DNA of 63,261 nucleotides, counting the filler, from Trichomonas gallinae (taxonomy: Eukaryota): assembly GCA_008369845.1 (NCBI GenBank). It is 5 parts of 5 records of this genome, joined end to end, with 100 filler letters (N's around TTAATTAATTAA, not from the genome) between each part and the next. Parts side by side here need not be neighbours in the genome. Positions count along the whole stretch, not along the records: positions 43,254 to 63,261 come from MRSU01001339.1; 4 more parts are not named here. One strand, given 5' to 3'. Position numbers and translations under genes: made by a program. Positions within the stretch are counted from its first letter, which is position 1. Each line of letters opens with the position of its first letter. A model generated the notes under the pieces. It was not told the origin of the DNA, ran no database searches, and worked only from the letters and a program-made list of their open reading frames with translations. This document shows positions 43,560-54,589 of this stretch, one piece after another.

Positions 43560-44666
43560 TTATAATAGCGCGTTAATTAGAGGATCTTGGGATCCCTGAT
43601 ATAGACTAAAAGTTTGACTTTGTCGCAAATTCTCAGACTCCATTTCAATATCATCCTCATCATCAGAATTCTCAGCATTTATTTGAGTGAAATTCACAAC
43701 ATCATCAATTTTTACTTTTCTTTCAACTGTTGCATTAATATTCGTATTTTGATTCTCTGGTCGCTGTATTTTAGTGATTTGCTTAATTTGTTGAATATCA
43801 ATTAATAATTTTTCTTTTTCTTCATCAGCTGGATCTTCTAATTCAAGAACAGCAGGCTCTGGAGGTACTTCAGTTGATTGCGATGGAAATTTTGTCTGAG
43901 GAACACGTGCATTACGTTGTGATAAATCTTGACTTGGTTTTGTTGTTTTTCTTGTTGTTTCTTGTGGTTCAGCAGTTATTTGAGAACAAAGCCTTGAATG
44001 CTGTGCATGGAATCGTTGAGAATACTCTTGACTATATTTTCTTAATTTTTCTTCTGATTCTGCAGTAGATTGAGAAGCAACAATAACAAGTGGATTAAGT
44101 TTGGATGGAGACTCCTGGAAGCATGGTAATGTCTGCGAACACGGCATTTTTCTCGGAGAAAGTTGAATTAAATAATTTTTAGGATCGATAAAATGCGTCG
44201 AATTTTCGAGGGTTGTTATCCATTCTGGTGAGTAGTACATTTTTTCATCAGAAAATAGAATATCTGGGTTACCAATGATATAATCTGGTCTTCGTCCGAT
44301 ATCTGTAATAATTCCACCCATTAAAACAACAGATCTTGATAGTTGAGACCTTGTTTTTGTGTCTAATGAGTGATGAAATGCAATATGCTTTTGAAATAGC
44401 AATAAATTTTTGAATTTATCTGTTGGTTTTAATTCAAATGGATTTGCACCATTCTCAAGTAATGATTGCAATGCACTGAATGTAACTGTGGGAATTCTCA
44501 TGCGATTTTGTAAATATATTTCTTGATCAGAAACAATTCTCAACGAATTCGACGAAAGATCGGAATTTATTATATTAACTGCTTCTCCAGTGGATTTCAA
44601 GTATTCCTTGATCAAAGAATGTTTATCCTCTTTAATACATCGAGAAAGGTAAACATTCTTAGTCAT
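43560..44666 (-). CDS. BRCT-domain protein with SQ/TQ-rich tail
   Basis: LFQKHIAF...RSQLSRSVVLMGG...DYII...YSPEWI BRCT signature; 11 SQ/TQ dipeptides in the disordered C-terminal half; alternative ATG at 44705. Confidence 0.65.
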   Translation of the reverse strand: MTKNVYLSRCIKEDKHSLIKEYLKSTGEAVNIINSDLSSNSLRIVSDQEIYLQNRMRIPTVTFSALQSLLENGANPFELKPTDKFKNLLLFQKHIAFHHSLDTKTRSQLSRSVVLMGGIITDIGRRPDYIIGNPDILFSDEKMYYSPEWITTLENSTHFIDPKNYLIQLSPRKMPCSQTLPCFQESPSKLNPLVIVASQSTAESEEKLRKYSQEYSQRFHAQHSRLCSQITAEPQETTRKTTKPSQDLSQRNARVPQTKFPSQSTEVPPEPAVLELEDPADEEKEKLLIDIQQIKQITKIQRPENQNTNINATVERKVKIDDVVNFTQINAENSDDEDDIEMESENLRQSQTFSLYQGSQDPLINALL

Positions 44667-45252
44667 AGGACTAAAAGAATAGTAAACGGAAAATAAAAGT
44701 GCCATTTGTCAAAAATTTGACAAAATGTCAAAAAAAAACACATTCCAAATTTCATATATATTTATAGATTTCATTGTAGCAACTATTAAAAATATGATGT
44801 AGTTGTTTAGTATCTAAAGTCAGTTTTTAAATCAGAGTTGTGTAAAATATTTTATAATCGGATTACCAACAATTAGGTCTTGGATCCTTCCCAACAGCAA
44901 CATAATTAGCGTATTTGTAATACTTTACACCATTTTGAACGATCTCACTGATAAATCATTGACCAGTAAATTATGAACTTTACCGATAATGTCAAATTTT
45001 GTCATTTTACATGTCTATTACTAATGCTGCATGTAATAAATTCTCCAAGCCTCAAAAAATCATCAATCAACATTTCATCAACTAACCCGAAGGATGAATT
45101 TACGAACTAGACAATACCACACATCAATGTGATATAATAAAAATAGCAATACTCCATTATAAATTGCTGCATATATTGGATTAAATTGATATTTGATAAA
45201 TAGAGAATTTTAATTATGATTAAATATAACAAATAGAAAATATATATAGAGA

Positions 45253-46835
45253 TTAGATATTGAGGAAGTAGACAATGCCATAGCCGACGGATGCAATGAT
45301 AAGAATTGATCCAACGACAATTGCTCGCCTGCCTGGAAGAACTCGGGTCCAGAGAGGAAAGGTGTAGGTGTCAGCTTCTGAGGATTTCCACGCTCATGCT
45401 TGCAGACACCAGAAACCAAAGCTGTAGCAAAAGAAGAAATATAGAACAACTGTGCCATACCAATCATCATAGCAGAAAGAATAAGCATAAGGTTTGGTCT
45501 GCCGATCTCATTTCCAATAGCATTAAGAACTGGGAACAAAATGGCAGCAGCAGATGTGTGGTTGATGACTGAAACCAAGACAGCTTCTATGATGAGGAAG
45601 ATGAGCATGATAACCCAGTAAACTTTTGTGAGTGGCTTTAATGCCCATGTGATTGTTCCAGCCAAAAGGTTGAGTAAACCAGACAACTTCATTGCTTCGC
45701 CGAGGGCTAAGCCACCACCCATCAAAGAGAGTGTTGACCAACGGAGTCTGCCGAAATCTTCGGAATCGAGAATTCCAACACTGAAGAAAGTAACAATTGG
45801 AATAAGCGAGGAAATACCAATGTGGCCGAGGAACTTAGGGAATGATTCCTGAAGGGCCCAAAGAGTGATCGTAAATGCTGTGACGCCACATGCAAAAGTA
45901 TGCTTCCATGTCCACGGTGGGAGCTTTGTTGGTAATTCTGCACCGATTTGGAGCTCTGTATATTGTGGTTTGTATTTCCAAATTAAATATGCCCAGAAGA
46001 AGAGGAGACAGCAAAGACCAGTAGGTCCACCGAATGCGATCCACTCAATGAATGATATTGATGTTGTGCCTGACTCGTTAATATATTTAATAGCTAAAAT
46101 ATTTTGTGCTGATGCGATTGTTGTTGGTAAACCGCCTGCATTTCCGCCCCAAGCAAGGCCGAAGAGAATAGCTTTGATAAATGGATCGTCTGGGTCAAGT
46201 GTACGAATGATTGGAAGCGAAAATGTTAAGAAGATTGTGGTTGCGGCGATATTCGAAAGAAAAGCTGATGTTGCGAAGTTGAGAAGCATTAATGTCAAAA
46301 GGACTGTCTGCGGTTTGTTAGAAATGCGAGCAAGAACGTAATTCGAAACTCTTTCAGTAATATTAAGTTTTGCGAGTGCAGCAGATATAGCAAGAGAGCC
46401 AAGAAAAACGAAGATGATAGGATCTGTGAATTTTGCAGCGATTGCGACAGCTAATCGATTTGCGGGCATTCTTGCGCCAGTAGATTCCTCATAACCAACA
46501 CCAAACCAAACGCAGAGAATTGGCATAAGGTAAGCTGTGACGTATGAAGGCACAATTTCTGTTGCCCAGAGGAAACCGCCAAGAAATAAGATTGCCAAGC
46601 ATGTATGAGCGCATGGATACATTGGATAGACTGGTATCATGTAGACCACGCAGAATGTGACACAGGCGAGTAAAGGGGCCCATGTCTTCTTTAATGGATT
46701 TAACTTCTTAGGAGGTTCAACGCCAGTGAATGCTCTGATAACCTCCTCAGCGTCTGTGGTGCTCAAACGACGAACGCGACCGACAGACAAATCGTCGGAT
46801 TCTTCGCGCCTATATAAGGAACTCATCGTTGACAT
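45253..46835 (-). CDS. SLC13/DASS (Pho87/Pho90-like) anion transporter, frameshifted near the 3' end
   Basis: LWATEIVP, IFVFLGS, SAFLSNIA, GGLPTTIASAQN, WSTLSLMGGGLALG, INHTSAA; the last TM AIVVGSILIIASVGYGIVYFLNI* lies in another frame from 45324. Confidence 0.85.
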
Positions 46836-47492
46836 TTTACTTGCAGATTTGACGATTTGACATTTTACATCATCTCAATTTGATGCATTTGCCATCATCC
46901 TCTCAATTTTTTTCTGAGATGAAAGTGTCAGTTTTTATTTTAGCTTTAGCCCAAAGAGTTCAAAATCAAAGCATTTGGATAAACATCGACACTCTCTATA
47001 GTGAGTACATGATTCCTATAGGCATAATATTTATCAATATTTAATTTTTGATATTTTTAATTTTGAATCAATATGAAATAGATGTTTTCCATGCAATGAT
47101 TTTATTTTCTTACTCAATTCAATTATATTCGCATGATCGCGTGCACTTGTTATATTATTTCGATTTCTCGAATTGAATCTTTAATATGAAGAGTGTTGAT
47201 TCAATGGCACGTTTAGCATTATATTAGACTGCCACCAAGTTCCTAGGAAATAGGTTTTAATCAATAACCTATTGTTGAAATTGAAAAATTTAAAATCAAG
47301 TTTCTATAGTGATGTAATTTGGAAAGAAGGAATGATATCATTTGAAGTAATAACTCGTTGTAATTTGACTGTTTTGTGCGAAATAATGAGTTTTATTCTT
47401 ATGATGCATGTCAAAATTTTTATTTACTTGTCAAAAATAAATTTACATGCCAAATAATGGAAAATTTTGTACGTTTAGTTTTCACAAAAAAT

Positions 47493-48971
47493 ATGATTGG
47501 TTCTGGATCTGCAATTGGGACTGTTGTAGGCGACGACAGTCACATGGTTGCAATAATTGGAAAAGAAATCGGAGCTAAATCCCTTTTTAACAAAAAATTA
47601 CTCATCGAATTAATCATGAAAAGATATACTTTTCCAGAAAATCACAGAGCTTTAATGTGGCGTTATATTCTTCGATTACCAATGAATGATGAACAATATA
47701 CAACATTAGCATCACAACCAATGCATCCAACGATTCGTTTACTTCCAAATTCTTTACCAATTCGATTTTCTGCAGTTTCTCACAGACTTATGCGTATTTT
47801 ATCTGCATTAGTTTACTGGCATCCACCTCTCGCTGAATGCGATTGGCTCCCTGCTTTAGTTTATCCTTTCCTCGTCATTTTTGGAAGAGATAAGCTTGCA
47901 ACATTCGAAGTAGTCATGACAGTGATTACAAATTGGTGCAGTGAATGGCTCCATTTCATTCCAAACCCTCCAATTACAATTTTATCAAGAATTGATAAAA
48001 TTGCAAGAAAACATGGAGGAGAAGCACCACTTTCTCTCGCATGGCCAGCATTAAGAAGCTTCTGTGGTGAAGTTGCATCAACAGAAGTCGCAAAAATGCT
48101 CTTAGATAACATTCTTTCTTTCAAACCAGTTTTCATTGAGTATCTCATTGCTTCTTATGCTCTCCTCAAGCCAGGAAGTATCATTGATGAGTTTAATTAT
48201 AAAATGGTTATAAATCGCGCGAGAAAATTCTTCGAACAAGAAGCAGCAACTTCTCCAAATCAAAATAACTTCAGCCCTCTACCACATGGTTTCTATCCAA
48301 TCCTTCCTATTGTGGAGAAGAGCCAGATGTGGCGTGAGAAGGAATTGCAAAGAATTCGCAGCGAAGCAGAGCAAACGAGACAACAAGCTGCCCTCGTCAA
48401 AGAGATCGAGCAGGAGTCGACACGCATAGAAATGCAGAGACAGAGCTGGATGGCTGAAAGAGCCTTCCTTAGAGATATAGAAGAAGTCCAGATGGACGAA
48501 TTTAGAAGACGCGAGAAAGAGCAACTAATGAGAGAGAATCTTAACGAAGAGAGAGCAATTGCACAGCGCCTCGAGAGGATGAAAGAGCGCAAGATAGAAG
48601 AAGAGAATGCAATCACGGAGTGGCAGGACGAAATCAAGAAAGTCGAGGAAGAAACGAAACAAATTGTTGACATGCGCAGAGAAAATTGGGGAAGATGGCT
48701 GAACTTGAAGGAAGAATCAGCTAAAGTCGACAAGCAACAGGTTGATCAGGAACTATACTTATTGCAGCAAAAGGACAGAATATTCGGATCTCAACTGGAA
48801 GAGCACAAAAAGGCGATGGATGAAGCTGCTGCCGAAGAAGCGAAAATTCTCGGTGATGCAGTCAGAAACAGCCAGAAGCTTGAAGATGAGAAGAATGACA
48901 TGAGACAAGCATTAGAAAGAGCTCGTCGTCACCAAGAAAAGTCTTTTTCATTTACCAAACAAAAATTATAA
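47493..48971 (+). CDS. TBC1D31 (WDR67)-like Rab-GAP TBC + coiled-coil protein
   Basis: FPENHRALMWRYILRLP.N, LMRILSALVYW, LPALVYPF, FEVVMTVITNWCSEW..F.PNPPI.ILS; long coiled-coil tail; start at 47493 after TCACAA. Confidence 0.8.
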   Translation: MIGSGSAIGTVVGDDSHMVAIIGKEIGAKSLFNKKLLIELIMKRYTFPENHRALMWRYILRLPMNDEQYTTLASQPMHPTIRLLPNSLPIRFSAVSHRLMRILSALVYWHPPLAECDWLPALVYPFLVIFGRDKLATFEVVMTVITNWCSEWLHFIPNPPITILSRIDKIARKHGGEAPLSLAWPALRSFCGEVASTEVAKMLLDNILSFKPVFIEYLIASYALLKPGSIIDEFNYKMVINRARKFFEQEAATSPNQNNFSPLPHGFYPILPIVEKSQMWREKELQRIRSEAEQTRQQAALVKEIEQESTRIEMQRQSWMAERAFLRDIEEVQMDEFRRREKEQLMRENLNEERAIAQRLERMKERKIEEENAITEWQDEIKKVEEETKQIVDMRRENWGRWLNLKEESAKVDKQQVDQELYLLQQKDRIFGSQLEEHKKAMDEAAAEEAKILGDAVRNSQKLEDEKNDMRQALERARRHQEKSFSFTKQKL

Positions 48972-49440
48972 ATAAATTATTCTTTGTTTATTAGTTTTAA
49001 ATCAAAATAATATTTATTTCCAAACCTATAATGCATCAACATTGTATTTATCATAACAAAAGCAGACATCTAAAATCTGACATTTGTCAAAAATTCACCA
49101 GGTTAATATTCGGCGACTATTAGCGTAAGTGATTAGAATTGAACTAAACTAATAGGTAGGTATGATAGTATACTATATACCCTAATAGCATGAGAGAAAC
49201 TAGGTGTCCTCATCTTTTTATCAGATATAAAAATTCATGAAAAAATCTCCAAAATTTCCAAATTATCGGTAAGTTGATTTTAGTGATAAATAAAGATTTT
49301 TATTTATTGGATATGAAGATTAGCTTAATATGTATAGGTTTATCATAATGGAATTGATTGATTTTGAGTCTATTGGTGTGAAAAATGATGATTAAGATCA
49401 ATAATGTCACTTTTTAAATTTTTCACTTTTCAAAAAAAAA

Positions 49441-50871
49441 ATGCAACTCCCTCCACATGCATCACAGTTAAGAGGAATTTTTGAATTAAACTCACCAAGG
49501 AGAATCTATGATGAGTGGATAAACCTTTCTGAAGGTTTTTCAGCTCCAACAGTTAATCCTCCGAAAAAATATCCAAGTCCTGATGAATTGGACTCAATGT
49601 TTGCTGATATGAGCAATAAAACTATCTCTGCAATAAGAAACCCAACTATTCAGCCTCAAGATTTAAGTTCCGAAATTTTCAAATGCGCGCAAATGATCAA
49701 CACTATTCTCGACAACTATTCTAACCTTGTAAATCTTTCTGTTATAACATCACATCTTCGTGGACCAAATTCAGGAAGAATGCAGCAAGCATTGAACGCA
49801 TTAGAAACTGGAACAGCAAATGCTGTTGTTATTCTCAATCAATTTACATCACATGTTGAAATTCTCGCAAATCCACGCATTCCTGTACGCAATCACTGGG
49901 ACATTTTAGCTAAAATTCACAGCATCAATTTTGCGTTTTTGAAAGATTACGTAAACAGACTTCGTGGCTTGTTTAAAGTCGTGTCTTATGACCATGTCAT
50001 GAATGAAATTGGTGATAAATCGAGTATTTCATCTCTACCTTATGGGCAGAATCGTCCAGCAATGGCAAGCTTCGGTCCACAGTATGTAATTACACCATCT
50101 GCTTCACAGCCATACATTGCGCCGTCAACAATTCCATCAACACCTTCTCCATCACAACCTGCTGTTCAAGAAGATCCACAGATTGCTGCTCTTCATACAG
50201 CATGCAGCCAGCTGCTTGCTTTCTCGCAGGATCTCACGAGGAACGGCTATACATGGAAAGTTGTCATTGTTTCTCCTCAGATTCAAAATCAATGTCGTTC
50301 TCTTGCTCAAGATATATTCGATAAGATGAAGATTGTCGAAGATATGCTCGATCATTACTATAGATTGTCTCCAAACGACAAAGCTCACGCTACACATTTA
50401 CCAGAAGCACAAATTAATGATGTCACTGCACAAATGCGTGGAAATTTGAATATTTTGAGAATGCTCACTACAAAATTCACGCTTGGAAAAGTCTATGAGC
50501 TCTGTAATTCATTTATTAAACAAATTGCATTAATTATCCGTGAGTTGCGCGGATCTTTCTTCTCACAATCATCTGCTACATATAACCAGCCATACAATCC
50601 GCCGCAGCATCCTTCTAATCAGCCTCCACCGCCGCAACAAATTTACGGGCAACAGCCAATGTATGAGCCGCCACCATATAACCCGCCACCACTAGATCCG
50701 CAGCAGTATCAGCCATACGGTCAGCCACAATATATTCCGCCTCAACAAGGATATTCACAGCAAAATCCAGTCCCCGCTCAAAGACCTCAATACAAACTTA
50801 AATCTTCCGCCCAGTATCGAAGAGATCTCAGTAATGAAGTCGCTGAATATCCTGATGTTGACGATCTGTAA
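49441..50871 (+). CDS. Hypothetical protein with two similar helical domains and Pro/Gln/Tyr-rich linkers
   Basis: 476-aa ORF; two TCACTT Inr elements at 49407 and 49423; PQY-rich low-complexity tail. Confidence 0.85.
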   Translation: MQLPPHASQLRGIFELNSPRRIYDEWINLSEGFSAPTVNPPKKYPSPDELDSMFADMSNKTISAIRNPTIQPQDLSSEIFKCAQMINTILDNYSNLVNLSVITSHLRGPNSGRMQQALNALETGTANAVVILNQFTSHVEILANPRIPVRNHWDILAKIHSINFAFLKDYVNRLRGLFKVVSYDHVMNEIGDKSSISSLPYGQNRPAMASFGPQYVITPSASQPYIAPSTIPSTPSPSQPAVQEDPQIAALHTACSQLLAFSQDLTRNGYTWKVVIVSPQIQNQCRSLAQDIFDKMKIVEDMLDHYYRLSPNDKAHATHLPEAQINDVTAQMRGNLNILRMLTTKFTLGKVYELCNSFIKQIALIIRELRGSFFSQSSATYNQPYNPPQHPSNQPPPPQQIYGQQPMYEPPPYNPPPLDPQQYQPYGQPQYIPPQQGYSQQNPVPAQRPQYKLKSSAQYRRDLSNEVAEYPDVDDL

Positions 50872-51650
50872 AAGTTTATAAAAACAATAGCTTTGTAAAG
50901 ATATCACATTATATCGATTGACAATACTTGGCAATTTATTACTCGGTTATCAACGTCTGATTTTGCATGTTTTTTATATAAGAAAACCTGAATAAAATTT
51001 TTGAAAAATTAATTTTTGATCCAAATTCAAGTTTTTGATTTGGATAACGCTGTATAAAAGTGATTTAAACGGGATTCTTATAATAAAAGTCGCAATTTTA
51101 CAATTTTTGACATTTGTCAAAAATTTATCCGGTAAAATGTTTAAGTCTATTAACAAAAATGATTAGATTATAACTAATGTAGTAGTTTAACAGAGGGAAA
51201 TTGCGAAACAAGCCTCTGAAAAGTAAATCGATAGATTTTCACAAAAGCGATGTTGTAAATATCATTCTTTGCCACAATATATTCCATTTTATTAATAAAA
51301 AGCGCGTGCGAAAATTTGTTTCAGACCCTAAATTAGAAAATTTACACTTTGCTAAAATTTGTTGATTAATAAAATCTACCGCCATTATTTAGAAGGAAAA
51401 ACATGTTTTCAATAAAAATGTGAAAATTTGTGACAGACCCTAACTAGACCCTAAACTAAAATAATTTACACACAATTCAAATTTGAGAAACGAACTCAGA
51501 AATATGCCTTTACGATACATATAACTTTTTTGCAGCAAAATAACGAAGAAAAATTTTTGGTTTTCGGTTTTACAAAATTTTGTGTTTTTCTAGAATATTT
51601 ACTAAGTATTACCATAAATGAATTCATTACAATAAAAAAAATTTTTACAA

Positions 51651-52862
51651 ATGACTTTGGAAAGTTTTACAAGCCATACGACAGTAGGAACTTTTCTTTT
51701 AGAAACTCAGGTCATACTGAACTCGAGGTTCGCGATGTGGAACGCCCACCATATCAAATCGAACCAGGAAGTCAGTATTAAGATTTACTCTAAACAATTT
51801 TTGGCGATGGGTCATAATCAAGAGTATTATGAGAACGACATCTATTGCTTCAAGAATTTCTTTCATCCATTTATCGCAAAATTCATACAAGTTTTCGAAG
51901 ATGATAAATTTATCTACATAATCCTTGAGCCAATGAAAGGTGGCTCGTTTAAAGAACTCCTTGGCGCTAAAACTCGCTGGAATGAATCTCAATCAAGAAA
52001 TATTTTCATTCAATTATTCATGATAATCGAATACATCCAAACAGCGATGAATATGGTCCACGGAAACATATGCCTTGACATCCTCATGGTTGACGAAAAT
52101 AACCACTTAAGGATGATCGATTTTTGGGGAATTCAGCCGATCGCAAATTGTTCTGCCCAGCAGACAGAAATTTACAGCCCAATACCATTCGACCCACCAG
52201 AGCACATCAATACAGGAATAATTTACCCGTCGGCTGATCTCTGGGACCTTGGTGTATTTTTATATTATATCGTTGTTGGTTCTTCTCCGTTTCCGGATGA
52301 TGAAAAGGCATCCGTTACAAACATGCTTGTTCAATACCCGTCATTTTTGAGTCAATCTCTCATTGACCTTCTCAAGAAATTAATTTCGTTATCTCCAGCT
52401 CACAGAATCAATTTCAGATCAATCAAAGAGCATCCATGGTTCGCTAAGACACAATACAATCTTCTTACGCCATTTTTAATTCAAAATGACGCATTTTCTG
52501 CCGAAGTTTTTGCAACTATTTCAAATTACGCTACAGAAGAGAAATTGATAGAAGATCTCAATAATGGTGTCGAATCACCAGAAGTTATCATGTATAATAT
52601 AGCCAAAGCTATTGATCACGCAAATCAAGTTTATAACGCTGTAGCACGCCTCAATTTGACTCCGAGCGAAAGGAGCAGAATGAGCTTAGACAGCGATCAT
52701 TCACTTATGAAATCCCATTCACTCTCATCTTTCGGTCAAGCATCACCATCTTCATCCAATGATAGATTTAAGATCAAGCCGGTCGCACTGCAGCTCTCTA
52801 GACCTGTACAAGTTGCTTCTAGAAGAGGCTCTAAGGTAATTCCAACATTGCCTAGATTATAA
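51651..52862 (+). CDS. CAMK-like pseudokinase
   Basis: Kinase fold (VSIK, HPFIAK, DLW.LGV, HRI...I.EHPWF) but no Gly-loop, HRD>HGN, DFG>DFW, APE>PPE. Confidence 0.85.
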   Translation: MTLESFTSHTTVGTFLLETQVILNSRFAMWNAHHIKSNQEVSIKIYSKQFLAMGHNQEYYENDIYCFKNFFHPFIAKFIQVFEDDKFIYIILEPMKGGSFKELLGAKTRWNESQSRNIFIQLFMIIEYIQTAMNMVHGNICLDILMVDENNHLRMIDFWGIQPIANCSAQQTEIYSPIPFDPPEHINTGIIYPSADLWDLGVFLYYIVVGSSPFPDDEKASVTNMLVQYPSFLSQSLIDLLKKLISLSPAHRINFRSIKEHPWFAKTQYNLLTPFLIQNDAFSAEVFATISNYATEEKLIEDLNNGVESPEVIMYNIAKAIDHANQVYNAVARLNLTPSERSRMSLDSDHSLMKSHSLSSFGQASPSSSNDRFKIKPVALQLSRPVQVASRRGSKVIPTLPRL

Positions 52863-52961
52863 TTTTTTTCATCATCTGAAAGTTTTTAATAAATAATATG
52901 TTTCATGGTAAATTCTTACAATAAAAGAAAATTTTACAAACAAAATACAAACAAATAATGG

Positions 52962-54230
52962 TCAAAGATTCGAAATTAAATACATCGCTTTATCTTTTCT
53001 TCCAAGATAAACTTTCTTATATACATCCTTATTCAAAAGGGCTGCAAGTGATATAATAATGCTCTTTTCGACCTTTTGGAATCCTGAATCGTCAGAAATT
53101 CCTAAAATTGAATCAATTTCATGGAGTTCTTCTCTTGTTGGAGCTTCTACGCATTTGATGATACTACCGCATAATTCAATGAGAAGTACTGACTTTTGAA
53201 CAATTCTCGCGAATATATCTCGCGCACAAAATTCTAAATATTTTTGGTTAGCAGCTAAAAGCCTATTAATAAGGCTTACACCGAATTCTGTGTTCCTTAC
53301 AACATTCAATTTATAAATTCTGCTTATTTTCGCTGTTCTATTTTTTATTTCTTCATCAGTCAACGAAGAAGTTTTGATTTTCTGGTTTTCCGCATAAGCA
53401 ACAGACTGTACTTCAATTGGCGGTGACTGTATGACTGCCTTCTCCGAGAGTTGAACCCATGTCCACGGTTTTTTGAATTCCCACAACATATTTAGTGGAA
53501 TTGTTGTCTGCTGCCAAACAATTTGTACGTAAAGATACGGTATTGGTGAATTTCTGTAATACTTGTCGGATAATTTTTGTTGATAATCCAAACAAAAATA
53601 CATTAAAATATCAAATAATTGTTTCGCTAAATCAGGGTTATCGGCTTCTATAATTGTTGTCATTTGTGTCTGTAGGTGTGATGTTATCACAGCACCTAAG
53701 AAATTTATGTCGAAAGCAGTGAGATTTAATTTGCCGATAGTAAACGGATGAATGGATAATAGCTGTGATATGATATTTAGAATCCTTTCTAGTTCTACAA
53801 ATGATCCATCTATGTTATTTTCTTCTGCAGACTTTCTAACAACTTTCCCTGCATATGAAGTGAGATTAGAAATGGTATTCACGAATAAAGTTTTCATATT
53901 ATTGGAGGAATCCTTGATGAAAAAGGCTACGCACCAATATTCTGAGAAAACATCTGAATTTCGAACGAATACACTAGCAAAATACGATATTTTTTGCTCT
54001 AATAGATGTATATAGCTTGTTGGGCAGTCATCGAAGTTATTAGATGGTTGTTGTTGAACATTTAACAGGTTTAGTTTTAGTAAATCTGAAACCCATTTCG
54101 TGTTTTCGAATCTTTCATCGAAACTCCAGTTGTCGTGTATTATGACGCCGGTTTTCATAGAGAAACTGGCAATGCAGACTGCCGAAAATGGATGCTTTGA
54201 TGGAAGTTGAAGCAAAGGTTCGGCAGTCAT
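52962..54230 (-). CDS. C9orf72-like DENN-related protein
   Basis: PFSAVCIASF...G..I...W N-terminus, FLGAVITSHLQT (cf. FL..AISSHLQT), L.YF....Q.KLS, LYVQ. Confidence 0.75.
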   Translation of the reverse strand: MTAEPLLQLPSKHPFSAVCIASFSMKTGVIIHDNWSFDERFENTKWVSDLLKLNLLNVQQQPSNNFDDCPTSYIHLLEQKISYFASVFVRNSDVFSEYWCVAFFIKDSSNNMKTLFVNTISNLTSYAGKVVRKSAEENNIDGSFVELERILNIISQLLSIHPFTIGKLNLTAFDINFLGAVITSHLQTQMTTIIEADNPDLAKQLFDILMYFCLDYQQKLSDKYYRNSPIPYLYVQIVWQQTTIPLNMLWEFKKPWTWVQLSEKAVIQSPPIEVQSVAYAENQKIKTSSLTDEEIKNRTAKISRIYKLNVVRNTEFGVSLINRLLAANQKYLEFCARDIFARIVQKSVLLIELCGSIIKCVEAPTREELHEIDSILGISDDSGFQKVEKSIIISLAALLNKDVYKKVYLGRKDKAMYLISNL

Positions 54231-54526
54231 TTTTTAACCTTAATGACATTAACCTTATTACTCGTCTTCACTTTTGACAACATGTCAAAAAAACACAAAT
54301 TGATGTATATTGTTATTTTGTATTATAGAAAGAAATGCTATTTGTCATACAACACTTTATTATGTTTAGTTTTGCAAATCCAATAAACAAAGGGGTTTTT
54401 CTCTGCTAATGCACGTTGTATGATGACCTGAATAAAACAGCGCCCAAATAATATAAGGATAAGAGCACTGGCAAAATCATTTTGAATCTAATGAAAAGTT
54501 CAAAAGTATATATATCTAATAAGATT

Positions 54527-54589
54527 AATCAGGTGTGCTTGGGTGGTTGCCGAAATCAGGTGTGCTTGGGTGGTTGCCGAAATCAGGTG
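54527..54589 (+). repeat. Exact 27-bp tandem duplication (2.3 copies)
   Basis: AATCAGGTGTGCTTGGGTGGTTGCCGA x2 plus AATCAGGTG. Confidence 0.95.

Noticed and set aside
54527..54589. 27-bp repeats as a CRISPR-like array
   Set aside because: Copies are directly adjacent with no spacers, no cas genes, eukaryotic context
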